64,000 bases of DNA from Magnetococcales bacterium (GTDB taxonomy: Bacteria; Pseudomonadota; Magnetococcia; Magnetococcales; JADFYX01), in assembly GCA_015232365.1 (NCBI GenBank), contig JADFZU010000003.1, positions 24,708 through 88,707 on the forward strand, written 5' to 3'. Each line of letters begins with the position of its first letter. Position 1 is the first letter of the stretch. Positions 25,503 to 35,158 of the stretch are shown piece by piece. Made by a program: the position numbers and the translations under genes. Under the pieces are notes generated by a model. It did not search any database, had not been told where the DNA came from, and saw nothing but the letters and a program-made list of their open reading frames with translations.

Positions 25503-27155
25503 GTGTCTAATTTGAAAAAAGCTTCTGACCTACTTGTGAGAGCACTAGAATCTGAAGGTGTGACTCACATTTTTGCTGTTCCGGGAGAGGAGAATCTTGA
25601 TTTAGTTGAATCATTACGAACCTCAACAATTGAATTGGTCCTAACCCGCCATGAACAGGGAGCCGGTTTTATGGCTGCTACATATGGCCGTCTAACAGGA
25701 AAGGCCGGAGTCTGCATGGCTACATTGGGTCCAGGGGCCACCAACCTTGCCACCCCTGCTGCTTACGCTCACCTTGGCGGTATGCCTCTGATAATGATTA
25801 CCGGCCAGAAGCCGATAAAAAAATCCAAGCAAGGGCAGTTCCAGATTATCGATGTGGTTGGTCTGTTTGATCCTATTTGCAAAATGTCCAAACAGATTGT
25901 CCACGGCAACACCATTCCAGCTTTGGTGAGAGAGGCCTTTCGTATTGCCGAAGAGGAGCGGCCAGGGGCGGTGCTGCTGGAACTGCCTGAAGATATTGCT
26001 GCTGAAGATACCGATGCTCAGGTTCTCCCTCCCCACCCACGTTTCTATGCTGTTGCTGATGAGGCAGTTCTTGACGAAGCTGCCGCACTTATTAAAAACG
26101 CCAAGATGCCGCTTATTTTAATTGGTGCAGGGGCAAATCGCCGAAATGCCCAGAAAACCCTGAGTGATTTTGTCCACTCTACGCAGATTCCATTTTTCAA
26201 TACCCAGATGGGCAAAGGGGTGGTGGATGAACGCTCAAACATCTACCTTGGTACGGCCGCACTCTCATCTGACGACTACCTGCACTGTGCAATAGACCGT
26301 TCTGACCTGATTATAAATATTGGTCATGATGTGGTGGAAAAGCCGCCATTTTTTATGGAGCCTGATGGTAAGCTTGTTATCCATATCAACTATAAATCTG
26401 CCCGTGTCGATCAGGTATATTTTCCGCAAGTTGAGGTTGTCGGCGATCTGGCTCGTTCTATCAACCGGCTTAATGAGAAGCTTGGCGGCGAGGTGAAATG
26501 CGATAGATCTTACTATAGAAGAATCCTCGATGATCTTGATTCCCAGTTGAAAAAAGGAATGGACGATCCACGTTTTCCTATCATTCCCCAACGATTTGTT
26601 GCAGACACAAGAAAAGTGATGGGTGATAAAGATATTATCGCCTTGGATAACGGCATATATAAAATATGGTACGCTCGCAACTACAAAGCCTACCACCCAA
26701 ACACCGTACTGCTAGACAACGCCCTGGCCACCATGGGAGCGGGGCTGCCGTCGGCCATGATGGCTGCTATGCTCAATCCGGAACAGCGAGTTATGGCTAT
26801 CTGCGGCGATGGTGGTTTTATGATGAACTCTCAAGAGTTAGAGACCGCTGTAAGGCTTGGGCTCAACCTTGTTGTTACCATACTCAATGACGGCTCCTAC
26901 GGAATGATTCGTTGGAAACAGACCGCAGCAGGTTTTAAGGATTGGGGATTGAATTACAACAACCCTGATTTCATTCTCTACGCTAAAAGTTACGGTGCAA
27001 CCGGACACCGTATAAATGACGTTGACGAACTTGTGCCAACACTGGAAAATGCATTCAAAGCTGGTGGAGTCCACGTTGTTGATGTGCCGGTAGACTACTC
27101 TGAAAACCAGAAAGTTTTAATAGATGAACTTGCACAAAAGACCTGTCTGTTATGA
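25503..27155 (+). CDS. Thiamine-diphosphate enzyme of the acetolactate synthase (AlsS/IlvB-like) family
   Basis: SDLLVRALESEGVTHIFAVPGEENLDL, THEQGAGFMAATYGRLTGKAGVCMATLGPGATNL, and the TPP-binding motif CGDGGFMMNSQELETAVR...NDGSYGMI. GTG start with a GGGG-rich SD. Confidence 0.8.
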   Translation: MSNLKKASDLLVRALESEGVTHIFAVPGEENLDLVESLRTSTIELVLTRHEQGAGFMAATYGRLTGKAGVCMATLGPGATNLATPAAYAHLGGMPLIMITGQKPIKKSKQGQFQIIDVVGLFDPICKMSKQIVHGNTIPALVREAFRIAEEERPGAVLLELPEDIAAEDTDAQVLPPHPRFYAVADEAVLDEAAALIKNAKMPLILIGAGANRRNAQKTLSDFVHSTQIPFFNTQMGKGVVDERSNIYLGTAALSSDDYLHCAIDRSDLIINIGHDVVEKPPFFMEPDGKLVIHINYKSARVDQVYFPQVEVVGDLARSINRLNEKLGGEVKCDRSYYRRILDDLDSQLKKGMDDPRFPIIPQRFVADTRKVMGDKDIIALDNGIYKIWYARNYKAYHPNTVLLDNALATMGAGLPSAMMAAMLNPEQRVMAICGDGGFMMNSQELETAVRLGLNLVVTILNDGSYGMIRWKQTAAGFKDWGLNYNNPDFILYAKSYGATGHRINDVDELVPTLENAFKAGGVHVVDVPVDYSENQKVLIDELAQKTCLL

Positions 27156-28552
27156 GTATATCAAAACAAAAAACCGACCTTGAAGTTGTCAATCCATTTG
27201 ACCTGCAAGTAATTGGCTCTGTAGCACTATGTGGCTGGCCGAGAGTTGATGACTATCTTGAATCCGCCCAGGCTCTATTCAGAAAGCGGAGCAACTGGCT
27301 ACCTGCCTATAAAAGGATCGAGGTTCTCGATAAAGCTGCCAGAATAATGGAGGATAGAGCCGCTGAGCTTGCCCTCTTGATTGCCAATGAAGGCGGAAAA
27401 CCTCTCATAGATGCAGAGATTGAGGTGGCAAGGGCTATAGACGGAGTAGGGTTGTGTATTAAAGAGCTTTCGCATCTGACTGGTCGGGAGATCCCCATGG
27501 ATCTTACTGCCGCTGGTGCCGGACGGATAGCTTTTGGCAGCCGGGAACCAATTGGGCCAGTTGTTGCTATCTCTGCCTTCAACCATCCACTCAACTTAAT
27601 TGTCCACCAGGTAGCCCCTGCAGTAGCGGTGGGCTGTCCGGTTCTAGTAAAACCGGCAGTGGACACCCCCCTCTCCTGCCAGACTTTTGTCAAAATTCTC
27701 TATGAGGCTGGACTACCGGAAGAGTGGTGCCGTTTTGTTGTCTGTGACAACAGTGTTGCTGAGAAAATGATTACCGACTCCCGTGTAGCATTTTTCTCAT
27801 TTATCGGCTCTGGAAAGGTAGGCTGGATGCTACGCTCAAAACTAGCACCAGGCACACGTTGTGCTCTGGAACATGGAGGAGTTGCCCCGGTAATTGTCGA
27901 TGAATCTGCTGATATACAGAGCATGATTCCCAGCCTAGTCAAAGGAGGGTTTTACCATTCTGGTCAGGTTTGCGTATCGGTACAGAAGATTTTTGCCCCG
28001 AAAAAGATGGTTGTAGAGTTGGCACACAATCTTGCTGAAATTTCTAAAAAACTGGTTGTTGGCAACGCTATATTTGCCGATACCCAGTGCGGCCCCCTAA
28101 TCCGCCCGCAAGAGGTGGACCGGGTTGATAGTTGGATTACAGAGGCCAGAGATGGAGGTGCAGAGATCATCTCCGGCGGTAAGAAGCTGGGGGATACAAC
28201 CTATGCACCGACAGTTTTATTAAACCCGCCAAAAGATGCCAAGGTCTCTACAATGGAAATTTTCGGGCCAGCCATATCTCTATACGGTTATGAAAATTTT
28301 GAGGAGGCTGTCGCCAGAGCCAACTCCCTGCCCTTTGCTTTTCAGGCTGCGGTTTTTACCAAAAACCTCGATATTGCAATGAAAGCAATCAGAGAGCTGG
28401 ATGCAACAGCGGTCATGGTGAATGACCACACCGCTTTTCGTGTGGACTGGATGCCGTTTGCCGGACGTAGAGAGTCTGGTTACAATACCGGCGGCATCCC
28501 GTACACAATGCACGACATGACACAAGAAAAACTTGCTGTTATCAAACTGTAA
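27152..28552 (+). CDS. NAD(P)-dependent aldehyde dehydrogenase family protein
   Basis: LEHGGVAP (ELGG-type motif) and the catalytic Cys region YHSGQVCVSVQKIF. The start overlaps the upstream stop (ATGA). Confidence 0.8.
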   Translation: MSISKQKTDLEVVNPFDLQVIGSVALCGWPRVDDYLESAQALFRKRSNWLPAYKRIEVLDKAARIMEDRAAELALLIANEGGKPLIDAEIEVARAIDGVGLCIKELSHLTGREIPMDLTAAGAGRIAFGSREPIGPVVAISAFNHPLNLIVHQVAPAVAVGCPVLVKPAVDTPLSCQTFVKILYEAGLPEEWCRFVVCDNSVAEKMITDSRVAFFSFIGSGKVGWMLRSKLAPGTRCALEHGGVAPVIVDESADIQSMIPSLVKGGFYHSGQVCVSVQKIFAPKKMVVELAHNLAEISKKLVVGNAIFADTQCGPLIRPQEVDRVDSWITEARDGGAEIISGGKKLGDTTYAPTVLLNPPKDAKVSTMEIFGPAISLYGYENFEEAVARANSLPFAFQAAVFTKNLDIAMKAIRELDATAVMVNDHTAFRVDWMPFAGRRESGYNTGGIPYTMHDMTQEKLAVIKL

Positions 28553-28557
28553 CTATA

Positions 28558-30267
28558 ATGAGCGAAATACTTGCTGTCATCCTACCAACCCTGGCAATAG
28601 CTATAGCTATCAATCTGTTTTTGCGACGGCTTAACCTACCTACACTCATCGGCTATATTGTTGCTGGAACCATTGCAACAGTTATTTTCAAACTTGATCC
28701 GGCCTCAAGCCCCATGCTCAATGAAATAGCCGAGATGGGTATAGTCTTTTTAATGTTCACCATCGGTTTGGAGTTCTCTATTGCCCACCTAATAGCTATG
28801 CGTAAGGAGGTGCTGCTTTTTGGTGGAGTTCAGGTGTTTGCAACCTCTACAGCATTTAGCATAATCGCCTATTATGGTTTTAATCTTGATTTGCGGGAAG
28901 CGGTAGTTATCGGCTTGGCCCTTGCACTCTCCTCTACCGCCATCGTCTTGCAGTTTTTAAATAAAAATCGTGAGATTGACAAACCATACGGACGCAGTTG
29001 CTTGGGGATCCTCCTCTTCCAAGATCTGGCAGTTATTCCAATTTTGTTGATGATCAGTTTTTTTGGTGACGCAAGCCAATCGGCTTCGGTATTGATAATG
29101 CAGACTGCCGGCGGTGCTGTAGTCTCATTTTTGGCACTATATATCATTGGCAAATATTTTGTAGCACACTTTTTAGGCTTGGTAAGTGATACCAGGTCCC
29201 ATGAGACATTTGTAGGCTCGGTTCTGCTGATCGTCGCCTCTGCTGCTTATCTTACCCATGCTCTAGGGTTGAGTTATTCACTAGGGGCTTTTTTTGCTGG
29301 ACTTATGATAGCCGAGACAAAATACCGCTATCAAGTCGAGGCTGACCTGATCCCATTCCGTGATATTCTTCTTGGACTGTTTTTTGTTACGGTAGGTATG
29401 CAAATTGAGGTCAGTTTTCTCCTCGACCATCTTGGAGATGCTCTAGGCTTGACCGCTGCCCTGATAATCATAAAAACTTTCGTAGTCATTTTATTGATCC
29501 GTTTTTCCAAACCCTGGCACGTGGCTTTTAAAACCGGCCTATCCCTAGCCCAGGGCGGCGGCTTCTCTTTTGCAGTGTTTGCATCGGCCAGTGATGCTGG
29601 AATCATGAGTGCAGACACCATCCAGATTTTGATTATTGTCGTAGCAATTTCCATGGCTTTAACCCCTCTCATTCTTAACAATCTGCAGCAACTTACATCC
29701 TTCCTGGAGCAGAAACCAAAGGAGTTCATTAATCAGCCTGTTGACATACAGGATATTGAGAAAAACCGCTTGGTAGTCTGCGGGGTGGAAAGGTGCATAC
29801 CCTTTGATCTGGAGACCAACCATTTTGTGGTCTGTGGATACGGAAAGCTGGGTCAGAGTGTCATGGCCCACCTTAAAGATCTAAACTACCCCTGCGTGGC
29901 AATAGAGCAGAGCCGGGAGATTGTCCAGCATGGTATTGATCGTGGTGATGCAGTAATCTTTGGCAATGCAGCACAGCAAGCCATTCTTGAACACGCACAT
30001 AGCCAGGATGCCGGAGCAATAATCATTGCCATGGAAGATGTCAACTCCATCCGTATGGTGGCAGAAGCCGTGGCAAATGTTGCTAAAGAGCCGCTGATAG
30101 TGGTCCGGGTTGCCGGAGAGTTGGAGCGGGAGCTGTTTAGCGGTATACCCATAAAAAGTTTTGTTGATGAACACTCAGAGGTTGCCAGGATTTTGGTAGA
30201 TCACGCCGTCACCTGTGAGATGGTCCAGCCATATGTTCCAGATATCTGCAAAAAATGTGATCTATAG
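28558..30267 (+). CDS. CPA2-family monovalent cation:proton antiporter (Kef-type) with C-terminal TrkA-N/RCK domain
   Basis: About 12 hydrophobic helices (LPTLIGYIVAGTI..., GLEFS...), then a Rossmann motif HFVVCGYGKLGQSV. Starts 5 nt after the ALDH stop. Confidence 0.8.
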   Translation: MSEILAVILPTLAIAIAINLFLRRLNLPTLIGYIVAGTIATVIFKLDPASSPMLNEIAEMGIVFLMFTIGLEFSIAHLIAMRKEVLLFGGVQVFATSTAFSIIAYYGFNLDLREAVVIGLALALSSTAIVLQFLNKNREIDKPYGRSCLGILLFQDLAVIPILLMISFFGDASQSASVLIMQTAGGAVVSFLALYIIGKYFVAHFLGLVSDTRSHETFVGSVLLIVASAAYLTHALGLSYSLGAFFAGLMIAETKYRYQVEADLIPFRDILLGLFFVTVGMQIEVSFLLDHLGDALGLTAALIIIKTFVVILLIRFSKPWHVAFKTGLSLAQGGGFSFAVFASASDAGIMSADTIQILIIVVAISMALTPLILNNLQQLTSFLEQKPKEFINQPVDIQDIEKNRLVVCGVERCIPFDLETNHFVVCGYGKLGQSVMAHLKDLNYPCVAIEQSREIVQHGIDRGDAVIFGNAAQQAILEHAHSQDAGAIIIAMEDVNSIRMVAEAVANVAKEPLIVVRVAGELERELFSGIPIKSFVDEHSEVARILVDHAVTCEMVQPYVPDICKKCDL

Positions 30268-30461
30268 TTTTCCACTATCACTACTCTTAGCCGATGTTGC
30301 ACTAGAAGTGTATAGTGATATATAATTAAGATCTGTAATAAAATGTTGTTTTTGTTTTAAACAGTGTAAAAAAATCAATCGACAATCGGTCTTTGTCACT
30401 ACAATACAAAAACATTAGCCTTTTGCTTAGTTTTTTTAAATAATTGGAAATAGTAGGTGTT

Positions 30462-30899
30462 ATGGATATTTTCATGACTGAAGCCATAAAAGAGGCAAAA
30501 AAAAGTTTGTCTGAAGGTGGAATACCTATTGGCTCAGTATTGGTACACAAAAAACAAATTATCGGCCGTGGACACAATCAGCGGGTTCAACTAAAAAGTG
30601 CCATATTACACGGTGAGATGAGTGCACTGGAAAACGCTGGCCGCCTACCTGCAAGTGTCTATAAAGAGTCTGTATTATACACCACTCTCTCACCATGTAT
30701 TATGTGCAGCGGCACGATTCTTCTGTATGGAATACCTCATGTACGAGTTGGCGAAAATAGAACATTTCTCGGTGAGGAGTCTCTATTGCGAGAGCGAGGG
30801 GTAGATGTTGAAGTACAACAAAATCTAGAGTGCATATCCATGATGCGCACTTTTATTGCAAACAACCCTGAATTATGGAATGAGGACATAGGAGAGTGA
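30462..30899 (+). CDS. CMP/dCMP-type zinc deaminase, yeast FCY1-like cytosine deaminase
   Basis: GGIPIGSVLV..GRGHNQRVQ..SAILHGEMSALENAGRL and LYTTLSPCIMCSGTILLYGIP..VGEN ... NPELWNEDIGE. This closely parallels my recollection of S. cerevisiae Fcy1 (HGEISTLENCG, TLSPCDMCTGAIIMYGIP, WFEDIGE). The track start is the TTG at 30444; ATGs occur at 30462 and 30474. Confidence 0.75.
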   Translation: MDIFMTEAIKEAKKSLSEGGIPIGSVLVHKKQIIGRGHNQRVQLKSAILHGEMSALENAGRLPASVYKESVLYTTLSPCIMCSGTILLYGIPHVRVGENRTFLGEESLLRERGVDVEVQQNLECISMMRTFIANNPELWNEDIGE

Positions 30900-33800
30900 A
30901 GCAACTCTCCATCATAACAGCAACTTTTTTGCTATTATTTATCACATCAAACTCTGCCACTGCTCTTGATTCAGTAACTCTTCAACTCAAGTGGACACAT
31001 GCCTTCCAATTTGCAGGCTACTACACCGCTAAAGAGAAGGGGTACTACCGGGATGCCGGACTTGATGTCACTTTGACTGAGGCTGGCCCTGGCATTGATG
31101 TAGTAAAGCAGGTTCTTAACGGTACCGCACAATTTGGTGTAGGTACAAGCAGCCTGTTGTTAGAACGCCATACTGGAAAACCAGTTGTTGCACTTGCAGT
31201 AATATTCCAGCACTCGCCACAGGTATTGATCACCCACAATAACAAATTAAAACATGGTATAAAATCTATTGAGGGTAAGCGTCTGATGCTTGAGCCTCAC
31301 GGGGATGAGTTGCTCGCTTTTCTAAAAAAAAAGAGTGTGGAACTGAAGCAAGTTGTCCGTCTTGAGCACAGCTTTGATCCCAAAGACCTGATCAATAATC
31401 GTGTAGATGCAATGTCTGCATATATTACTTATGAGACCTGGTTTCTTGACCAGGCTGGACTCAGCTACAACATATACTCTCCTCGCTCTGCCGGGATTGA
31501 TTTCTACGGCGACAACCTGTTCACTTCTGAAGAACTACTTAAACAAGACCCTGATTTGGTAGAAAGGTTCCGCAGTGCAAGCCTCAAGGGTTGGCGCTAT
31601 GCCATGGCCAACCAAGATGAGGTTTCAGCCATGATTCACAACTCATACTCTTCAAAACTGCCTACGGAGTTCTATAGATACGAAGCTGGCCGCATGACAG
31701 ATCTGATGTTACCGAGGATGATTGAAATAGGTTACATGAGTGAGGACCGGTGGAAACACATAGCAGATACCTATGCTGAACTTGGCCTACTTCCAAACGA
31801 CATATCTCTTAAAGGGTTTATCTACAAAAAAAAGCCAGATATAGATTATACCAAGATCTATATTATTTTGACAATTGTGCTAGCAGTAGTTTTAGGAATC
31901 ATAACTACGTTCCACAACATCAACCGCAGGCTCTTTAAAAGTGAAGAGCGGTTTTCTCTGGCTATGCGTGGAGCTAATGATGGACTGTGGGACTGGAACC
32001 TGGAAACAGACGAAGTCTATTACTCGCCGCGCTGGAAAAGCATGCTAGGCTATAAAGAAAGTGAGCTTGACAATAATATAGATACATGGAAGAACTTGAT
32101 TCATCCAGATGACAAAGATTGGGTTATAGAGAAGGCTCAGGATTGCACATCTGGGCATACTAATTCATTTGAAGCTGAAATACGTATGCTGCATAAAGAT
32201 GGTCATGAAGTTTTTATTCTCTCCCGTGCTTTCTTGGTAAACCACAAACCAGGAGATAAACCTGATCGTTTAGTAGGAACCCATGTTGATATATCAGAGC
32301 GTAAAAAAGTTGAATTTTTCAACAAAAGAAACGCTGATATTCTTGAGATGATTGCTGTAGGCCAACCTGCACCAAACATTTACGATGCAATCGCATTGAT
32401 GTATGAGGGCCTGCACCCAGGCATGCGTTGCTCCATGCTTGAATTACATGACAATAAACTTATCCACGGCGGAGCACCAAGCCTGCCCAAGGAGTATTGT
32501 GATGCAGTAAACGGGCTTGTATATGGCCCAAATGTAGGCTCGTGCGGAACATCCACCTATACTGGAGAGCTGGTCATTGTTGAAAATATTGAGACAGACC
32601 CTAAATGGGATGTAATAAAACATGTAGCACTCCCGCATGGTATGCGTAGCTGCTGGTCTGAGCCTATTAAAAGCTCCTCAGGCAAAGTACTGGGGGCATT
32701 TGGAATGTATTACAATCACCCTGCACTACCAAACCCACTTGAATTAAATGATCTAAAATCAGCGGCAAGGCTTGCTAGTATTATTATGGAGCGGGAAGAG
32801 TCGGAAAAAGAGTTGCAGGCTGAGAGAAGTGCCCTTGAAAAAGCCAACCAAGCTAAGAGTGTATTCCTAGCCACAATGAGCCATGAAATCCGTACTCCTC
32901 TAAATACAATCATCGGCATGGGAGAGATGTTGTCAGAAACAGTCAATACTCCACAGCAAAAGCGATATGTTTCCGCTCAAATAAAGTCGAGTGAAGGACT
33001 GCTATCCCTTATCAATGATATTCTGGACCTTTCAAAAATAGAAGCGGGGCAAATGACGCTAGAGTCCATCCCTTTTAATTTGACAGAACTGGTGGATGGC
33101 ACAACACAAATTCTAAGTGTTCAAGCTCAGGATAAGGGGTTGGTTTTGGAACAGACCATCGATAGAAATGTACCGTCACAAATTATTGGCGACCCCCAGA
33201 GATTACGTCAAATACTGCTCAACTTGCTAAGCAACGCTATCAAATTTTCAGAATATGGAAAAATCCAACTCAAGGTTTCAATGACTGCTGCGGGACACCA
33301 CCTGTTCTCAGTTTTTGATAACGGAGTTGGTATTTCCCATGAAAGTCAAAAGGAAATATTTAAACCGTTTACCCAGGCAGATAGCAGTGTTACCAGACAG
33401 TATGGAGGGACAGGTTTGGGTCTTACAATTTGTTCTCAACTGATAGAATCAATGCAAGGAAAGATCTGGGTTGAAAGCCAACTTGGAGATGGCAGCACAT
33501 TCTTTTTTTCTATCCCTTTTAAGCAAATTATTGACCAAGAAGATCTGGAGATTGCCCATGCTTCCACTGCACAACACAAAAAACCAGATTTGTCACCACC
33601 AACCAGTAAAGTGGTTAACCTTGTGTTGCTAGCTGAGGATGTCGTAGAAAACCAGTATGTTCTTCAGGCGTTCCTAAAAGGAAGCTCATATCAACTAGAG
33701 ATTACGAACAATGGTGCTGAAGCACTTGATAAGTTCAAAAATGGTGATTATAAAATTGTACTGATGGATATTCAAATGCCTGTTATGGATGGTTATACGG

Positions 33801-33991
33801 CTACAAAAAAAATCCGTGAATGGGAGGATAAAATTGGTTCTGACAGAACCCCAATTGTCGCGTTAACTGCCAATGCAATGACAGAGGATAGAGCACGGAC
33901 ATTGGAGGCTGGATGTGATCTGCATATTGCGAAACCGATACGAAAAAAACGACTTTTTGAGGTGTTGGACCAGTTTGTCATGAACAGCTAA
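30896..33991 (+). CDS. Hybrid sensor kinase: periplasmic NMT1/SBP-like domain - TM - PAS - GAF - HisKA - HATPase - REC
   Basis: Signal-like N-terminus, then an SBP-like segment LQLKWTHAFQFAGYYTAKEKGYYRDAGLDV. TM segment IYIILTIVLAVVLGIITTF. PAS (NDGLWDWNLETDEVYYSPRWKSMLGY). H-box [11 protein letters not shown]2 [24 protein letters not shown]. The GTG start overlaps the deaminase stop (GTGA). Confidence 0.85.
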   Translation: MKQLSIITATFLLLFITSNSATALDSVTLQLKWTHAFQFAGYYTAKEKGYYRDAGLDVTLTEAGPGIDVVKQVLNGTAQFGVGTSSLLLERHTGKPVVALAVIFQHSPQVLITHNNKLKHGIKSIEGKRLMLEPHGDELLAFLKKKSVELKQVVRLEHSFDPKDLINNRVDAMSAYITYETWFLDQAGLSYNIYSPRSAGIDFYGDNLFTSEELLKQDPDLVERFRSASLKGWRYAMANQDEVSAMIHNSYSSKLPTEFYRYEAGRMTDLMLPRMIEIGYMSEDRWKHIADTYAELGLLPNDISLKGFIYKKKPDIDYTKIYIILTIVLAVVLGIITTFHNINRRLFKSEERFSLAMRGANDGLWDWNLETDEVYYSPRWKSMLGYKESELDNNIDTWKNLIHPDDKDWVIEKAQDCTSGHTNSFEAEIRMLHKDGHEVFILSRAFLVNHKPGDKPDRLVGTHVDISERKKVEFFNKRNADILEMIAVGQPAPNIYDAIALMYEGLHPGMRCSMLELHDNKLIHGGAPSLPKEYCDAVNGLVYGPNVGSCGTSTYTGELVIVENIETDPKWDVIKHVALPHGMRSCWSEPIKSSSGKVLGAFGMYYNHPALPNPLELNDLKSAARLASIIMEREESEKELQAERSALEKANQAKSVFLATMSHEIRTPLNTIIGMGEMLSETVNTPQQKRYVSAQIKSSEGLLSLINDILDLSKIEAGQMTLESIPFNLTELVDGTTQILSVQAQDKGLVLEQTIDRNVPSQIIGDPQRLRQILLNLLSNAIKFSEYGKIQLKVSMTAAGHHLFSVFDNGVGISHESQKEIFKPFTQADSSVTRQYGGTGLGLTICSQLIESMQGKIWVESQLGDGSTFFFSIPFKQIIDQEDLEIAHASTAQHKKPDLSPPTSKVVNLVLLAEDVVENQYVLQAFLKGSSYQLEITNNGAEALDKFKNGDYKIVLMDIQMPVMDGYTATKKIREWEDKIGSDRTPIVALTANAMTEDRARTLEAGCDLHIAKPIRKKRLFEVLDQFVMNS

Positions 33992-34043
33992 CCATCAAAA
34001 ATTATATTCTGAAATAAGTCGATAAGAGAGTAAGTATTCTACT

Positions 34044-34427
34044 ATGAGCCTGCCCCCATGGAATGAGCACCCACAAGCCCCTGACCCTGGAACCATAATC
34101 TGTTTTGAGTCTGCCATTCCCAAAGTTGGTGGTTTGGAGTTTACTTTTGGCTCTGGCAACAAACCTTTTAGAGGCTTTCTCCTCAAAAAAGATGGAGAAA
34201 TTCTGGCTTATTTAAACGCCTGCACCCACTTTACCGGCACACCTCTAAACCCCAATGGAATTGGTAACTTTCTCGACCCAAAAGACCCCTCTTTGATCTA
34301 TTGTGGCGTCCATGGTTCCCGTTTTTTAGCTGCAACAGGAGCCTGTGTTTCTGGAGAGTGTGATGGTGAGGGGTTGCAACCAATTCCAGTTAAAACAGAA
34401 GGTGGCAAAGTGATCATAAGCTCATAG
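34044..34427 (+). CDS. Rieske [2Fe-2S] domain protein
   Basis: CTH ... CGVHGSRF gives the CxH-(n)-CxxH Rieske ligand pattern in a 127-aa protein. Confidence 0.7.
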   Translation: MSLPPWNEHPQAPDPGTIICFESAIPKVGGLEFTFGSGNKPFRGFLLKKDGEILAYLNACTHFTGTPLNPNGIGNFLDPKDPSLIYCGVHGSRFLAATGACVSGECDGEGLQPIPVKTEGGKVIISS

Positions 34428-34860
34428 ATATATCATGGAAAGTGGCATCAACCTTTTTGTTAGCAAGATTTTTCATGATTTGCTCGGTGAAACAAGAAGC
34501 TGTTCCGTATGATCAAAATCACCACGCCTGACCTATTACAAGGTTTTTCTCTGTTTTGGTAATTAATGAAACAAAGAGCTACATAAAATCAATATGTTAC
34601 CAAATAAAAAGAAAAAATATTATTTTTTTTAATCCTACTATCGACAACAACCAACCACATTAACTATTTGATTTTGCAGTTACCGCCCTCTCTACATCGC
34701 TTTGCAGCATAAAAATGATTTATCATGCATAAATATTTTTAAATACACAAACTTTTTTTTGCTATCTATAATCCGGCTAAACAATATTTTTATTGTGCTA
34801 GCCTTGAAGAGGGGAACAGATCAAAATAGTTACAAACCTACAAAATTGAGGTGTTTACCC

Positions 34861-34947
34861 ATGGAAACAGTACTTCTATCTTTTACTTTTGGGGTTTTAC
34901 TTTTCGCTGTTACTGAATATGGCCTACGCCCTCACAGGGACGGCTAG
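34861..34947 (+). CDS. Possible 28-aa hydrophobic micropeptide or gene fragment
   Basis: METVLLSFTFGVLLFAVTEYGLRPHRDG, preceded by GAGGTG with a 7-nt spacer. It sits alone in a 730-bp AT-rich gap. The longer 81-aa track ORF has no start signal. Confidence 0.2.
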   Translation: METVLLSFTFGVLLFAVTEYGLRPHRDG

Positions 34948-35158
34948 CTGGTAATATATAGAAACTGGATATACATCTAAATTTCTACCTCTATAAAAGC
35001 TACAGGTACGGTCTGCTTGAGCCTTGGTTTTTCTGCAGCATATATCAAAATTAAAACATCCCTCTTGATGTTTCCCTGTGTTAAGATCCTACGAAGTTGA
35101 TGCAGTTTCTTTAATAACTTATTTAAAGATCAGGCCTGCCTGAGGAGAGTTACTTGGT

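Noticed and set aside
34447-34463. TGGCAT-N5-TTTTTG resembling a sigma-54 -24/-12 element
   Set aside because: The -12 GC dinucleotide is missing, and no enhancer-binding-protein gene or suitable downstream gene is present.
34702-34860. Upstream two-thirds of the 81-aa track ORF
   Set aside because: TTG start in an AT-rich tract with no SD, and low-complexity sequence. Only the last 28 codons have a credible ribosome-binding site.
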